A DNA stretch of 44,295 bases from Macrostomum lignano (lineage: Eukaryota), in the NCBI GenBank assembly GCA_002269645.1, contig NIVC01001672.1, positions 252,105-296,399 of the forward strand. Reading direction: 5' to 3'. How positions within the stretch are numbered: the stretch's first letter is position 1; the number at the start of each line of letters is the position of its first letter. The translations under genes were made by a program, and so were the position numbers. The notes beneath the pieces are model-generated. The model saw nothing but the letters and a program-made list of their open reading frames with translations. It was not told the origin of the DNA and made no database searches. Of the stretch, positions 13,201 through 24,151 are shown one piece after another.

Positions 13201-16200
13201 TCCTCACACCACCGAGTCTGTCACTCCCCACACCACCGAGTCTCACTCCCCACACCACCGAGTCTGTCACTCCCCACACCACCGAGTCTCACTCCCCACA
13301 CCACCGAGTCTGTCACTCCCCACACCACCGAGTCTGTCACTCCCCACACCACCGAGTCTCACTCCCCACACCACCGAGTCTGTCACTCCCCACACCACCG
13401 AGTCTCACTCCCCACACCACCGAGTCTGTCACTCATCACCACAGTGTCTGTCACTCATCACCACAGTGTGTGTCACTCCCCACACCACCCAGTCCGTCAC
13501 TCATCACCAGTGTCTGTAACTCCCCCTGCCGCCCGCAGCCGCTGGACTTCGATCCGCAGACCGGCGAATTCGTCGGGGCCCGCGCGGCCCGCCAGCAGTA
13601 CGAGCGCAGCCTCAGCAACAGCTCGGCGCCGAAGCCCAAAGCCCCCGTGGCCCTGGAGATGGGCGAGGGCGGCGTCTACGAGAACCAGCCGCAGAAGCTG
13701 CTGCCTGACGTGGTGCAGTACCAGGCTGGCGGCGGCGGCGAGCTTGGCGACATCCGCGGCACCGCCAGCGCCGCCAAGCGGCAGCTGCTGCTCCGACAGC
13801 GCGAGGCGGAGGAGGCCGCCAGAGCCGGCCGGCCTGGAATGGTGAATTTTGCTGCTGCTGCTGCTGCTGCTGCCGCTGTGTGTGTGCTGCTGCTGGCTGT
13901 TGCACTGCAGCTGCGGCACATTGCCTGACCCTCCTCTCTGCGTGCGCACCGCAGCTGGCTGGCGGCAGGTATTGGCGCAGTTCTGTCTGTGTGCTGTGTC
14001 TGTGTGTGTCTGTGTGCTGTGTCTGTGTGCTGTGTCTGTGTGCTGTGTCTGTGTGTGTCTGTGTGCTGTGTCTGTGTGCTGTGTCTGTGTGTGTCTGTGT
14101 GCTGTGTCGGTGTGTGTCTGTGTGCTGTGTCTGTGTGTGTCTGTGTGCTGTGTCGGTGTGCTGTGTCTGTGTGTGTCTGTGTGCTGTGTCTGTGTGTGTG
14201 TGTCTGTGTGCTGTGTCGGTGTGCTGTGTCTGTGTGTGTCTGTGTGCTGTGTCGGTGTGCTGTGTCTGTGTGCTGTGTCTGTGTGTGTCTGTGTGCTGTG
14301 TCGGTGTGCTGTGTCTGTGTGTGTCTGTGTGCTGTGTCTGTGTGTGTCTGTGTGCTGTGTCGGTGTGCTGTGTCTGTGTGTGTCTGTGTGCTGTGTCTGT
14401 GTGTGTCTGTGTGCTGTGTCGGTGTGCTGTGTCTGTGTGCTGTGTCTGTGTGCTGTGTCTGTGTGTCTGTGTGCTGTGTCTGTGTGCTGTTTTTTGTGTG
14501 CTGTGTCTGTGTGCTGTGTCTGTGTGTGTCTGTGTGCTGTGTCTGTGTGTTGTGTCTGTGTGTGTCTGTGTGCTGTGTCTGTGTGTTTCTGTGTGCTGTG
14601 TCTGTGTGTGTCTGTGTGCTGTGTCTGTGTGTGTCGGTGTGCTGTGTCTGTGTGTGTCTGTGTGCTGTGTCTGTGTGTGTCTGTGTGCTGTGTCTGTGTG
14701 CTGTGTCTGTCTGTTTGTTGTGTATGTCTGCTGTGTGCTAACATAACATAACTAATGTGTCAGTTTGTTGTCTGTGATCTAATTGTTCAGTTAGGGGAAT
14801 GTCTGCTGTGTCTGTCTGCTGTGTCTGTCTGCTGTGTCTGCTGTGTCTGTCTGTTTGTTCTGCCTACATGCATTACTTTTGTCACCTGTGCGCTCTGCTA
14901 TAGTTGACCCAATTTCACTCAATGCATTTTTCTTTTTTGTCTTTTAATGTCGCGCACTTTAAAGCTCACAGAAATCTTTGCTCGCAGCTTCTCACGCAGC
15001 TCCGCCCCCTCCAACCGCCTCTCTCATCGCACTGCTCGGACCCGCCCTGCAGATTGACATCTGGGCCGAGCTCTCAGAGCACAGTGGCGTCTTCGAGAAC
15101 GATCCGCAGCAGCGGCCCGCTGACCTCATCTGGAGCGGCCGCTCCGATGATTGATGATGAAGCTTACATTTACTTCGGGAGTCTGGAACTTGAGGGGAGC
15201 AAAGCTTTGCCGCACGGCTCAGCACCGCTGTAGTTTAGCTGGGAGCTCTGCCAGGGGCGTAGCTGGCGTCGGGAGTTTACTCGGCCTCCGGTAGCAACCC
15301 AAGCCCCCACAACACCCCAACCTCCACAACACCCCAACCACCACAACATCCCAACCTCCAGCGGCACCCCAATTCCCACAACACCCCAGCCCCCACAACA
15401 CCCCAGCCCCACAACACCCCAGCCCCCACAACACCCCAGCCCCACAACACCCCAGCCCCCACAACACCCCAGCCCCACAACACCCCAGCCCCCACAACAC
15501 CCCAGCCCCCACAACACCCCAACCCCAAGCAGCACACAACCCCCACAATACCCTAATTCAAGCAGCACCCCAACCCCCACAACACCCCAAACCACACAAC
15601 ACCCCAACCCCAAGCAGCACCCCACCCCAAGCAGCACACAACCCCCACAATACCCTAATTCAAGCAGCACCCCAACCCCCACAACACCCCAAACCACACA
15701 ACACCCCAACCCCAAGCAGCACCCCACCCCAAGCAGCACCTCAGCCCCCACAACACCCCAACCCCTAGCAGCACCAAATTTCTCTATTTCAAACGATAGC
15801 TACGCCCTTGAATTCCGAGCAACTACCATAAGTAGGGAAAAAATTCTTATCAGTGCTTTTGACAAATCCAGTGACTTCTGCCTGCTATATCCGAGTACCA
15901 ATGCTTAGTGTACATTGGGAGCCTTAATGCAACTGTTAAGAGTATGCTATAAAAGTACTTGTCGGTTCCCTCGCGGCTGTTCACCTCACACATTACAATA
16001 ATTTTCATGCTGGCTTGCCTTGCGTGTTTGTAGCCAGATTCGATTCACCATATACTACTGCTGCTTAACGGTTTGCAGTTCCGTGCATGCAGGTATTTAT
16101 TTGCTTGCGGTATCATTCTGTGTGGAATTCTTTTTGTGTAAGCTAAATTTGTTAATTGCTTTTAATTTGAGCACACTTGTCCGTATTTAGAAGTCCTTGA

Positions 16201-17281
16201 ATGCAGCTAAGCGTAATAAATGCTCATTTCTCTGGCATGCCTTTTTCTGCTCTGCTGGGTCGGCTGCGCTACTCTGTCTAGCGAAAGTAAATGAAAGTAA
16301 AACGGCATGCAAACTAATGCCGTTTCACTTGTGCTACAGTAAATAAATGCAACGCTTCTTAATGTAGGAAGCGTGTTAACCTGATGTATAGCGCATGCAG
16401 CGGAATGTACACCCTGACACCCTGTGTACATACAGTAGAGTGTACACCCTGTGTACATACAGTAGAGTGTACACCCTGTGTACATACAGTAGAGTGTACA
16501 CCCTGTGTACATACAGTAGAGTGTACACCCTGTGTACATACAGTAGAGTGTACACTCTGTACATACAGCGGATTGTACATCCTATGTATTGTACTCGTAT
16601 ATACAGTGGAAATTACAGTCCATATCTAGTTCATACAGCAGAGTGTACACTCTATGTACGTGCATCAGATTGTACAGCCGCTAGAGTGCGGTTGTAGTCA
16701 GCCAGTATCCGCATGGTTTTACCCGCCTCTCCGACCTGTATCGCGCGCCTCCCCATCAACCCTCTACTAACCAACCCGCTCGCCACTCTGCGCCCCAGCC
16801 GCCGGTCTCAAAGCCGCAGCAACCGCGGCAGCAGCAGCAGCAGCTGGACTTTGACTACTCGGCGCCGGTGTCGGACGCCACGGTGTCGGAGTCGCAGCCG
16901 ACGCCCCTGCCAGACGGCGTGGTGCGCAGCGGCGCCCCCGACCCCGCCGACGAGCTGCCGCCGGCCAACGCCGCCCGCTCGGCGCTGCAGCTGTGGCGCG
17001 GCAAAGAGGAGGAGGTGGACGCGTCGGGCGCACCGAATCCCGAGACTGCCGAGCGGCGCCAGCGCGAGCTGCGGGACGGCGCCAGGCAGCAGCGCCAGGC
17101 GGCGGCAAACCGCAATGTCCGTCTGCCACAGCGCCAGGAGCCGCAACGCGGCGACGGCGATGACGAGGGCGACGGCGAGATCGTCGGCGAAGGCGTAGCC
17201 GACGAGCTGCCTGCCGAGGGGACGGCCAGGAGCCTCCGTTCGCTGTTCGACGGCTGCCAGCAGCAGCAGCAGGCGGCCTGA
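10..17281 (+). CDS. LIM-domain protein (EPLIN/LIMA1-LIMD2-XIRP2-type LIM) with acidic N-terminus and long repetitive C-terminal tail; multi-exon
   Basis: Manual splicing with phase-consistent GT-AG sites: 10-12 (ATG|gtaagg), 175-247, 1624-1784, 3515-3639, 4584-4657, 4746-4793, 5071-5210, 6517(or 6850)-7023, 8464-8766, 9452-9616, 10427-10507, 11450-11646 (1 nt short, see findings), 12443-12811, 13539-13841, then 15053-15154 or 16799-17281 as last exon. The LIM domain reads [63 protein letters not shown]. The core exons are strong; the 5' exons and the 6.5-7.0 kb exon are less certain. Confidence 0.85.
898..1310. repeat. (GACA)n microsatellite with variants
   Basis: Read directly; intronic. 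Confidence 0.97.
2617..3325. repeat. ~21-bp minisatellite (gatttgtgtcagatctttgcc)
   Basis: Tandem units with variants; boundaries approximate; intronic. Confidence 0.95.
3515..4657 (+). other. LIM zinc-finger domain split over two exons (3515-3639, 4584-4657)
   Basis: C-x2-C...H-x2-C-x2-C-x2-C...C-x2-H spacing. The VYPMERL, YCxPHYxxLFxxKGxY context is typical of the EPLIN/LIMD2/XIRP2 LIM subtype. Confidence 0.92.
3705..4550. repeat. 23-bp minisatellite (tgaagactcaagatagtgaatg[c/g]) filling the intron that splits the LIM domain
   Basis: About 36 near-identical units. Confidence 0.97.
5250..6245. repeat. 28-bp minisatellite (cccagatcctcagttgctgggccagcct)
   Basis: Tandem units starting ~40 nt after the 5211 donor. 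Confidence 0.97.
7260..8415. repeat. 22-bp minisatellite (aatcccgaatcccaatccatca)
   Basis: Tandem units ending ~50 nt before the 8463 acceptor. Confidence 0.97.
9181..9332 (-). mobile_element. Partial copy (5' half) of the 37181-37547 SINE family, in a LIM-gene intron
   Basis: aggcatgtacacttcactg...caaggccgttaattgcacgagcagagccaag...gcacttggaat...cgctggcaca aligns to 37376-37520. Confidence 0.85.
9668..9850. repeat. 22-bp minisatellite (gtcactctgtcacagagatcct)
   Basis: About 8 units. Confidence 0.95.
10030..10375. repeat. 21-bp minisatellite (gtctctagacctggactg[g/a]ca)
   Basis: About 16 units. Confidence 0.95.
10850..11297. repeat. 45-bp minisatellite (gcttgcgtgtgcggttcagaacaaagaccagcagctggctgagat)
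   Basis: About 10 nearly identical head-to-tail units with no spacers. Confidence 0.97.
11660..12420. repeat. ~20-bp minisatellite (actcaagctgtcccag[t/a]ctc)
   Basis: Occupies almost all of intron 11647-12442. Confidence 0.95.
12830..13500. repeat. Compound 24-bp / 22-24-bp minisatellite (tcactcctcactctgtagtgtctg changing to tcactccccacaccaccgagtc[tg])
   Basis: Occupies almost all of intron 12812-13538; the unit switches at ~13175. Confidence 0.95.
13980..14850. repeat. TG-rich compound microsatellite (gtgtct/gtgct)
   Basis: Read directly. Confidence 0.95.
15295..15775. repeat. C/A-rich ~17-18-bp minisatellite (caacaccccagcccc[c]a and variants)
   Basis: Read directly. Confidence 0.9.
16405..16565. 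repeat. 27-bp minisatellite (tgtacaccctgtgtacatacagtagag)
   Basis: About 5-6 units. Confidence 0.93.
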
Positions 17282-18109
17282 CCGGTTGACCCCGCGGGAC
17301 CCCTGCACCCTGAACTCTGCTCAAAGTGACACCAGCGACAGGACTGCGGCATCCCTCCCGAATACTGATGTACATTTAAGGCCATTCATTATACGCTATC
17401 AACGCCATTGCATGCCTGCCTACTCATTTCCGTCTCGCCGATAATCCAGTAGCATGTTGTGCGCATATTTTTAGTTTTTTATTAATCAGTTGAAATTTTT
17501 AATGTCTTTTTACGAGCTAGCTGCCGATGGTTAATATTAATATTTTATCAATACTGCATGTTCTGCACTTACTACTCGCGCTCTTATTGCATACGCAGTA
17601 GCGAGACTTGCGCGCAGCTGCTGCTTTTTTGTCTGCATGAACTTTTAATATTGTGTTAAACGAAAAATCTTTGAAAATTTTCCTGGTTTCACTTCCCGCC
17701 AATTCCGAGGCGAAATTTACGATGTTTTATGTTTCTTTTAATTATACGCGATTTCGCTTCCGTTTTCAAATAAACAATTATTATTATTCTCGTTTCGCTT
17801 TTCTGCCCGCAGTTGCGTCATTTCCGCCGCCACTGCTGCTGCAACTTCAAACTGTACAATAGCGATACTTGCGCACGTATTGACTGTGCTCTGTGTGCGC
17901 TGCAATTCAAGTCTGCGCTGCTTGTCTTGCGCCCCCCTTCTCGCACTTCTCTTGGCTCTTTTTTTAATTAATTTGTCCGCTAAGCAATAAAGGCATTGAC
18001 GCTCTGAGGAGGTCGCCGATTGAGACCGCTTTGTGCATTCAGTAATTTCTGTGCGGCTTCTGGGGTCTTCTTTTACTAGCATTGCACTGCACAGTGCTGC
18101 CGAATATGT

Positions 18110-18950
18110 TGGTGTGTTTTAAGGTTTGTGTTTTGGGGTGGTGTGTTTTAAGGTTTGTATTTTGGGGTTGTGTGTTTTAAGGTTTGTGTTTTGGGGTTGT
18201 GTGTTTTAAGGTTTGTATTTTGGGGTTGTGTGTTTTAAGGTTTGTGTTTTGGGGTTGTTTGTTTTAAGGTTTGTGTTTTGGGGTGGTGTGTTTTAAGGTT
18301 TGTGTTTTGGGGTTGTGTGTTTTAAGGTTTGTGTTTTGGGGTTGTGTGTTTTAAGGTTTGTATTTTGGGGTGGTGTGTTTTAAGGTTTGTGTTTTGGGGT
18401 GGTGTGTTTTAAGGTTTGTGTTTTGGGGTTGTGTGTTTTAAGGTTTGTATTTTAGGGTGGTGTGTTTTAAGGTTTGTATTTTGGGGTGGTGTGTTTTAAG
18501 GTTTGTGTTTTGGGGTGGTGTGTTTTAAGGTTTGTGTTTTGGGGTTGTGTGTTTAAAGTTTTGTATTTTAGGGTGGTGTGTTTTAAGGTTTGTATTTTGG
18601 GGTTTGTGTTTTAAGGTTTGTGTTTTAAGGTTTGTGTTTTGGGGTGGTGTGTTTTAAGGTTTGTGTTTTGGGGTGGTGTGTTTTAAGGTTTGTGTTTTGG
18701 GGTGGTGTGTTTTAAGGTTTGTATTTTGGGGTGGTGTGTTTTAAGGTTTGTGTTTTGGGGTGGTGTGTTTTAATGTTTGTATTTTGGGGTGGTGTGTTTT
18801 AAGGTTTGTGCTTTAAGGTTTGTGTTTTGGGGTGGTGTGTTTTAAGGTTTGTATTTTGGGGTGGTGTGTTTTAAGGTTTGTGCTTTAAGGTTTGTGTTTT
18901 GGGGTGGTGTGTTTTAAGGTTTGTGTTTTAAGGTTTGTGTTTTGGGGTTG
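18110..18950. repeat. 30-bp T/G-rich minisatellite (ttttaaggtttgtgttttggggtggtgtgt)
   Basis: Read directly; intergenic. Confidence 0.95.
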
Positions 18951-19119
18951 CGTGTTTTGTGATTGGGTGTTTTGGATTGTGTTTGGGGTGCTTTGGTCAT
19001 AGCCTGATGGTCTGATGTTCATAGACTGCATTCACACTACATGTAGCCAGATGGTCATAGACCTGCACCATTTACACTAGTGCATTTACACTACTACTCA
19101 TAGACCATTTACACTAGCC

Positions 19120-19620
19120 TGATGGTCATAGACCTGCATTCACACTAAGCCTGATGGTCATAGACCTGCATTCACACTAGCCTGATGGTCATAGACCTGC
19201 ATTCACACTAGCCTGATGGTCATAGACCTGCATTCACACTAGCCTGATGGTCATAGACCTGCATTAACACTAGCCTGATGGTCATATACCTGCATTCACA
19301 CTAGCCTGATGGTCATAGACCTGCATTCACACTAGCCTGATGGTCATAGACCTGCATTCACACTAGCCTGATGGTCATAGACCTGCATTCACACTAAACC
19401 TGATGGTCATAGACCTGCATTCACACTAAGCCTGATGGTCATAGACCTGCATTCACACTAAGCCTGATGGTCATAGACCTGCATTAACACTAGCCTGATG
19501 GTCATAGACCTGCATTCACACTAAGCCTGATGGTCATAGACCTGCATTCACACTAGCCTGATGATCATAGACCTGCATTCACAGTGAGCCTGATGCTCAT
19601 AGACCTGCATTGACACTAGC
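19120..19620. repeat. 31-32-bp minisatellite (gcctgatggtcatagacctgcattcacacta[a])
   Basis: About 16 units. Confidence 0.95.
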
Positions 19621-19991
19621 TCCAATATAAAACGGGCAGTCCTTAAATTCGTGCTGTCTTGGTCCCAATACTAGACCAGCTTGTCAGTGCAGTCCATGGC
19701 GACCAGAAATGATCAGAGAAGAGAATCTTTAACAATCGCTTCTCAGCTGGACTCTGCTGGACGGGGAGTCAGCTTTTGCCGCTGCGAGTGAGCCGGAGTC
19801 TTGTAAAAGCAAAATATAATTGTACGATACCTAAAGTGCGTGCAGCTGCAGGCTACAGGTTACTTTCTCACCTTAAAGAACTAAGCTCGCAACTAAAAAC
19901 AAAACTTGTTCAGCATCTACTCAGCCTCGGATTCTGGGATTTTGTCCTCTCATCGCAGACTTTCTTGACTCGAGCGATCACTTTTGAATCT

Positions 19992-22202
19992 TCAGTCTCC
20001 GAGCTGCTGCCGGCCCTGCACTGCAGCGAGAGCGGCAGCGGCCAGCAGCAGCAGCGACTCGGACAGTCCACAGGCCACAGGCGCGACTCCGCTGGCCTGA
20101 TCGGACTGGAACCCGACCGGGATTTCGTTGGCCTGCAGGCTGTTGCACAGCTGGCCCACGCAGATCAGGCAGCCCGACACGAACTGCAGAGTCCGGCAGT
20201 CAAATTTGCCGCAGCCTGCCATCAGGCTGACTTTGTTAGGGGTGTCCTGCGGGGCTCAGGAGGATTGGGGGTGTCCTGCGGGGCTCAGGAGGATTGGGGG
20301 TGTCCTGCGGGGCTCAGGAGGATTGGGGGTGTCCTGCGGGGCTCAGGAGGATTGGGGTGTCCTGCGGGGCTCAGGAGAATTGGCGGGTGTCCTGCGGGGC
20401 TCAGGAGGATTTGGGATGTCCTGCGGGGTTCAGGAGGATTTGGGATGTCCTGCGGGGCTCAGGAGGATTTGGGATGTCCTGCGGGGTTCAGGAGGATTTG
20501 GGATGTCCTCCGGGGTTCAGGAGGATTTGGGATGTCCTGCGGGGCTCAGGATTTGGGATGTCCTGCGGGGCTCAGGAGGATTTGGGATGTCCTGCGGGGT
20601 TCAGGAGGATTTGGGAATGTCCCTTTTAGAGTTCCGAAGTTTCAAGAATGGCTGGGCCGTGCCTCACAGAGTAGCCAGTCGCGAAGTTGGGATCCGGTTC
20701 GGTGAGCTCAATTCGATGGCAGCTGTTGATGCCGGCACCGCAGTAGGCGGGCTCCTCCTTCACCTGCGGCACGTACTCCTTCTTGTCGCCATAGAAGATC
20801 TGCCTGACATCTCCGCTGTAGCTGTAGCACTGGCTGTGCTTCTGCTCGACTCGCTTCAACAAGCCCGTGTTGCACCTGTCTGCACCGCTGCAGACCAGGC
20901 AGTTCGACGGGTCCTGCTTGCACTCGTCGCCTTTGGCGCAGTGCGCTTCGTAAACCTGCGGCAGAGGTTAATCAGTCATCAGTTTGCACGGGGTGGGCGC
21001 GCATGGATAAATACTCTCATGCACGCACAGCTCAGACAGGGTGTACAGCGGTCCTGACTTTCTCGTTGCCAGGTATGTACACTCTCTGTGTCTCTGGGGC
21101 TGGCTCCAGGTATGTACACTCTCTGTGTCTCTGGGGCTGGCTTTTATGAGCCAGAACTGCACGAGTCATGAATTCGTCAGCTAGATTTTGTTCTAAACTA
21201 GCCAGGGACCGGAGGGTAAAAAGAGGCAGGGACTGGAGGGTCAGAGAGGCAGGGACTGGAGGGTAAAAAGAGGCAGGGACTGGAGGGTCAGAGAGGCAGG
21301 GACTGGAGGGTAAAAAGAGGCAGGGACTGGAGGGTCAGAGAGGCAGGGACTGGAGGGTAAAAAGAGGCAGGGACTGGAGGGTCAGAGAGGCAGGGACTGG
21401 AGGGTAAAAAGAGGCAGGGACTGGAGGGTAAAAAGAGGCAGGGACTGGAGGGTAAAAAGAGGCAGGGACTGGATGGTAAAAAGAGACAGGGACTGGAGGG
21501 TCAGAGAGGCAGGGACTGAAGGGTAAAAAGAGGCAGGGACTGGAGGGTAAAAAGAGGCAGGGACTGGATGGTAAAAAGAGACAGGGACTGGAGGGTCAGA
21601 GAGGCAGGGACTGGAGGGTAAAAAGAGGCAGCGACTGGAGGGTAAAAAGAGGCAGGGACTGGAGGGTCAGAGAGGCAGGGACTGGAGGGTAAAAAGAGGC
21701 AGGGACTGGAGGGTCAGAGAGGCAGGGACTGGAGGGTAAAAAGAGGCAGGGACTGGAGGGTAAAAAGAGGCAGGGACTGGAGGGTCAGCGAGGCAGGGAC
21801 TGGAGGGTCAGAGAGGCAGGGACTGGAGGGTCAGAGAGGCAGGGACTGGAGGGTCAGAGAGGTAGGGACTGAAGGGTCAGAGAGGCAGGTGTCCCGCACA
21901 GGCGAAGTCGCAGTACAGCCTCACGAGAGTCCTCTCATCGCTGGCCAGCTGGATTCTCTCGAAGCAGCCGGTGTGGAAGGAGGCGCAGGGCTCCGAGTAG
22001 TTTTGCTGGCTGAAGTCCACGGCAACCAGGCATTCCAAGGACGCTGCTCTGTCTGCAGTTTCGCCAGGTTCAACGAGTACGAGCTACCATGAGTGGTTCG
22101 ACGAACCTGGAATATTAGAATCGAATCGAGCTGATAAGGGAGAAACTTACGAATGGCTGCAGAAAGGATGATCAAACATGCGATAAGCTGATTGAGCTGC
22201 AT
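19992..22202 (-). CDS. Secreted, probably GPI-anchored Ly6/uPAR (three-finger) protein with two LU domains, 240 aa
   Basis: Exons (minus) 22202-22151, 22052-21925, 20955-20668 and 20246-19992 total 723 nt in frame. Signal peptide MQLNQLIACLIILSAAIHRAAS. LU1 is LEC...PC...GC...HC...EC...NCLVCSGADRCN. LU2 is QCY...YC...SC...GC...DC...GCLICVGQLCN. A Ser/Gly linker and a hydrophobic tail (LLLLAAAALAAV) follow. The 22052 acceptor has a weak pyrimidine tract. Confidence 0.82.
20240..20620. repeat. ~29-30-bp minisatellite (ggggctcaggaggattgggggtgtcctgc) in LU-gene intron 3
   Basis: Tandem units; the last unit overlaps the splice acceptor. Confidence 0.95.
21020..21105 (-). mobile_element. Short degenerate fragment of the same SINE family
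   Basis: gcacgcac...cagggtgtacagcgg...aggtatgtacact aligns to 37322-37400. Similar short fragments lie at ~32628-32680 (-) and ~38224-38245 (+). Confidence 0.55.
21205..21890. repeat. 24-bp purine-rich minisatellite (gaggcagggactggagggt[aaaaa/cagag]) in LU-gene intron 2
   Basis: About 28 units of two alternating variants. Confidence 0.95.
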
Positions 22203-22389
22203 CGTTGAGTTCACCACACCGTTCAGCTTCCAATCGAATTGTTTATTTCGAGTTTAGAGCGCTCTTATTAAAATGCCGTGTGCAGCTACTCAAACGGTCT
22301 GCTCTGTGTTGGCTGTCTACATTTTTCTGCGCCGCGTACGAAATGTCTATGGGTCAGGCCTAGCTGGTTAGTTAGTAAACCTATTTGGT

Positions 22390-22745
22390 TACCGGATGAG
22401 GCTGACCTCTGGTTACCGGATGAGGCTGACCTCTGGTTACCGGATGAGGCTGACCTCTGTTACTGGGTGAGGCTGACCTCTGGTTACTGGATGAGGCTGA
22501 CCTCTGGTTACTGGGTGAGGCTGACCTCTGGTTACCGGATGAGGCTGACCTCTGGTTACTGGGTGAGGCTGACCTCTGCTTACTGGATGAGGCTGACCTC
22601 TGGTTACTGGATGAGGCTGACCTCTGGTTACTGGATGAGGCTGACCTCTGGTTACTGGATGAGGCTGACCTCTGGTTACTGGATGAGGCTGACCTCTGGT
22701 TACTGGATGAGGCTGACCTCTGGTTACTGGATGAAGCTGACCTCC
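22390..22745. repeat. 24-bp minisatellite (ggatgaggctgacctctggttact)
   Basis: About 14 units, upstream of the LU-gene start. Confidence 0.95.
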
Positions 22746-23104
22746 CCTTGCTGGGGGTATGTCCACCAATTAGCATCTTACATTTTCTACGAAGTACATT
22801 ACAAACTGCATGTGTTTGTAGGATGGCGGCAAGGCCCTCAAAATTCCCTCGAAAGGCCCTCGAATGAGATTTGGACTGGCAACTTCTGTCAACACTGCAG
22901 AGTAGCCTAGCGGCTCCCCGCAAATACACGAATTCAAGGTACATCCTGATATTTATTGAACCACTCATATGTAAATTAGCAAGCCCTTTCTGTTGCAGGT
23001 GTGTCAATTCAAACACCTACAATGTATGAGCGCCTACAGAAAAGAGATAATAAATTTCCCCATGAAAAAGTCATCGCTAGATCATCTACATTTACTGCTG
23101 ATAG

Positions 23105-23525
23105 ATGATTCCCGTTTGATCAGCAGCTGCAGTGTGGCACCTGCTGCCTTGATTCCCGTTTGATCAGCAGCTGCAGTGTGACACCTGCTGCCTTGATTCC
23201 CGTTTGATCAGCAGCTGCAGTGTGACACCTGCTGCCTTGATTCCCGTTTGATCAGCAGCTGCAGTGTGACACCTGCTGCCTTGATTCCCGTTTGATCAGC
23301 AGCTGCAGTGTGACACCTGCTGCCTTGATTCCCGTTTGATCAGCAGCTGCAGTGTGACACCTGCTGCCTTGATTCCCGTTTGATCAGCAGCTGCAGTGTG
23401 ACACCTGCTGTCTTGATTCCCGTTTGATCAGCAGCTGTAGTGTGACACCTGCTGCCTTGATTCCCGTTTGATCAGCAGCTGCAGTGTGACACCTGCTGCC
23501 TTGATTCCCGTTTGATCAGCAGCTG
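23105..23525. repeat. 44-bp minisatellite (tgattcccgtttgatcagcagctgcagtgtgacacctgctgcct)
   Basis: About 9.5 head-to-tail units with no spacers. Confidence 0.96.
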
Positions 23526-24151
23526 CACCTTGGTTCCTGCTCATTAAGCAGCAAGCAGCTCAAAAAGCATTTCTGAAATTGGTGTTGAAATGTTCAGCCC
23601 AGCATTGCAACAATTATTGTTACACCGAAATCAATTTTTGATTCGTGACTGTAAAAATTGAAATGTCTATTTTTACAGCACCTGCAGACTATTGATTTGC
23701 AATTATCTTTTGCGCATTGAGCTGCTGCGGGTCTCAGCCCTAAAACTGATTGACTTTGGCAGTTAAACGGCTGGCCGACAGCTCAAACGCCGCCAGCTTC
23801 TCTGCCCCTCCATCACTGCGAGGCCGGGCCCAATGCTTTGAGCCGGCCTGAGCACAAGCCTCCAGTCAGCCCAGCATGCAGCCAGGTGACTGGCCGTGCA
23901 AAATTTATTGTAATTGCATGCATCTCTCGCCTTATCTGCCTGAGCCAAAGGTTGCGGCATCCCAGCCTCCGCTGGGTGGGCGATGTTGCTGGAAAACAAT
24001 CCACTTTGGCCAATTACCTGCATGCTGAGCGGCCCGGCAAAGAGGTTGAAAACAACAGCATTTGTCTGGGAAAACCTGCCCCATGTTTTTGCGCGGCGCT
24101 GACCCGTGAGACAGACGGACGCCTGAAAGTCACTGACTGCCTTGAGCTGAA

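Noticed and set aside
15152-15160. Selenocysteine or readthrough at the triple TGA
   Set aside because: Acidic low-complexity context, no SECIS recognised, and a (gat)n slip explains the pattern.
887-16697. Many long ORFs with periodic peptides ([50 protein letters not shown], etc.)
   Set aside because: They are translations of intronic tandem repeats, open in several frames and on both strands, and lie between canonical splice sites of the LIM gene.
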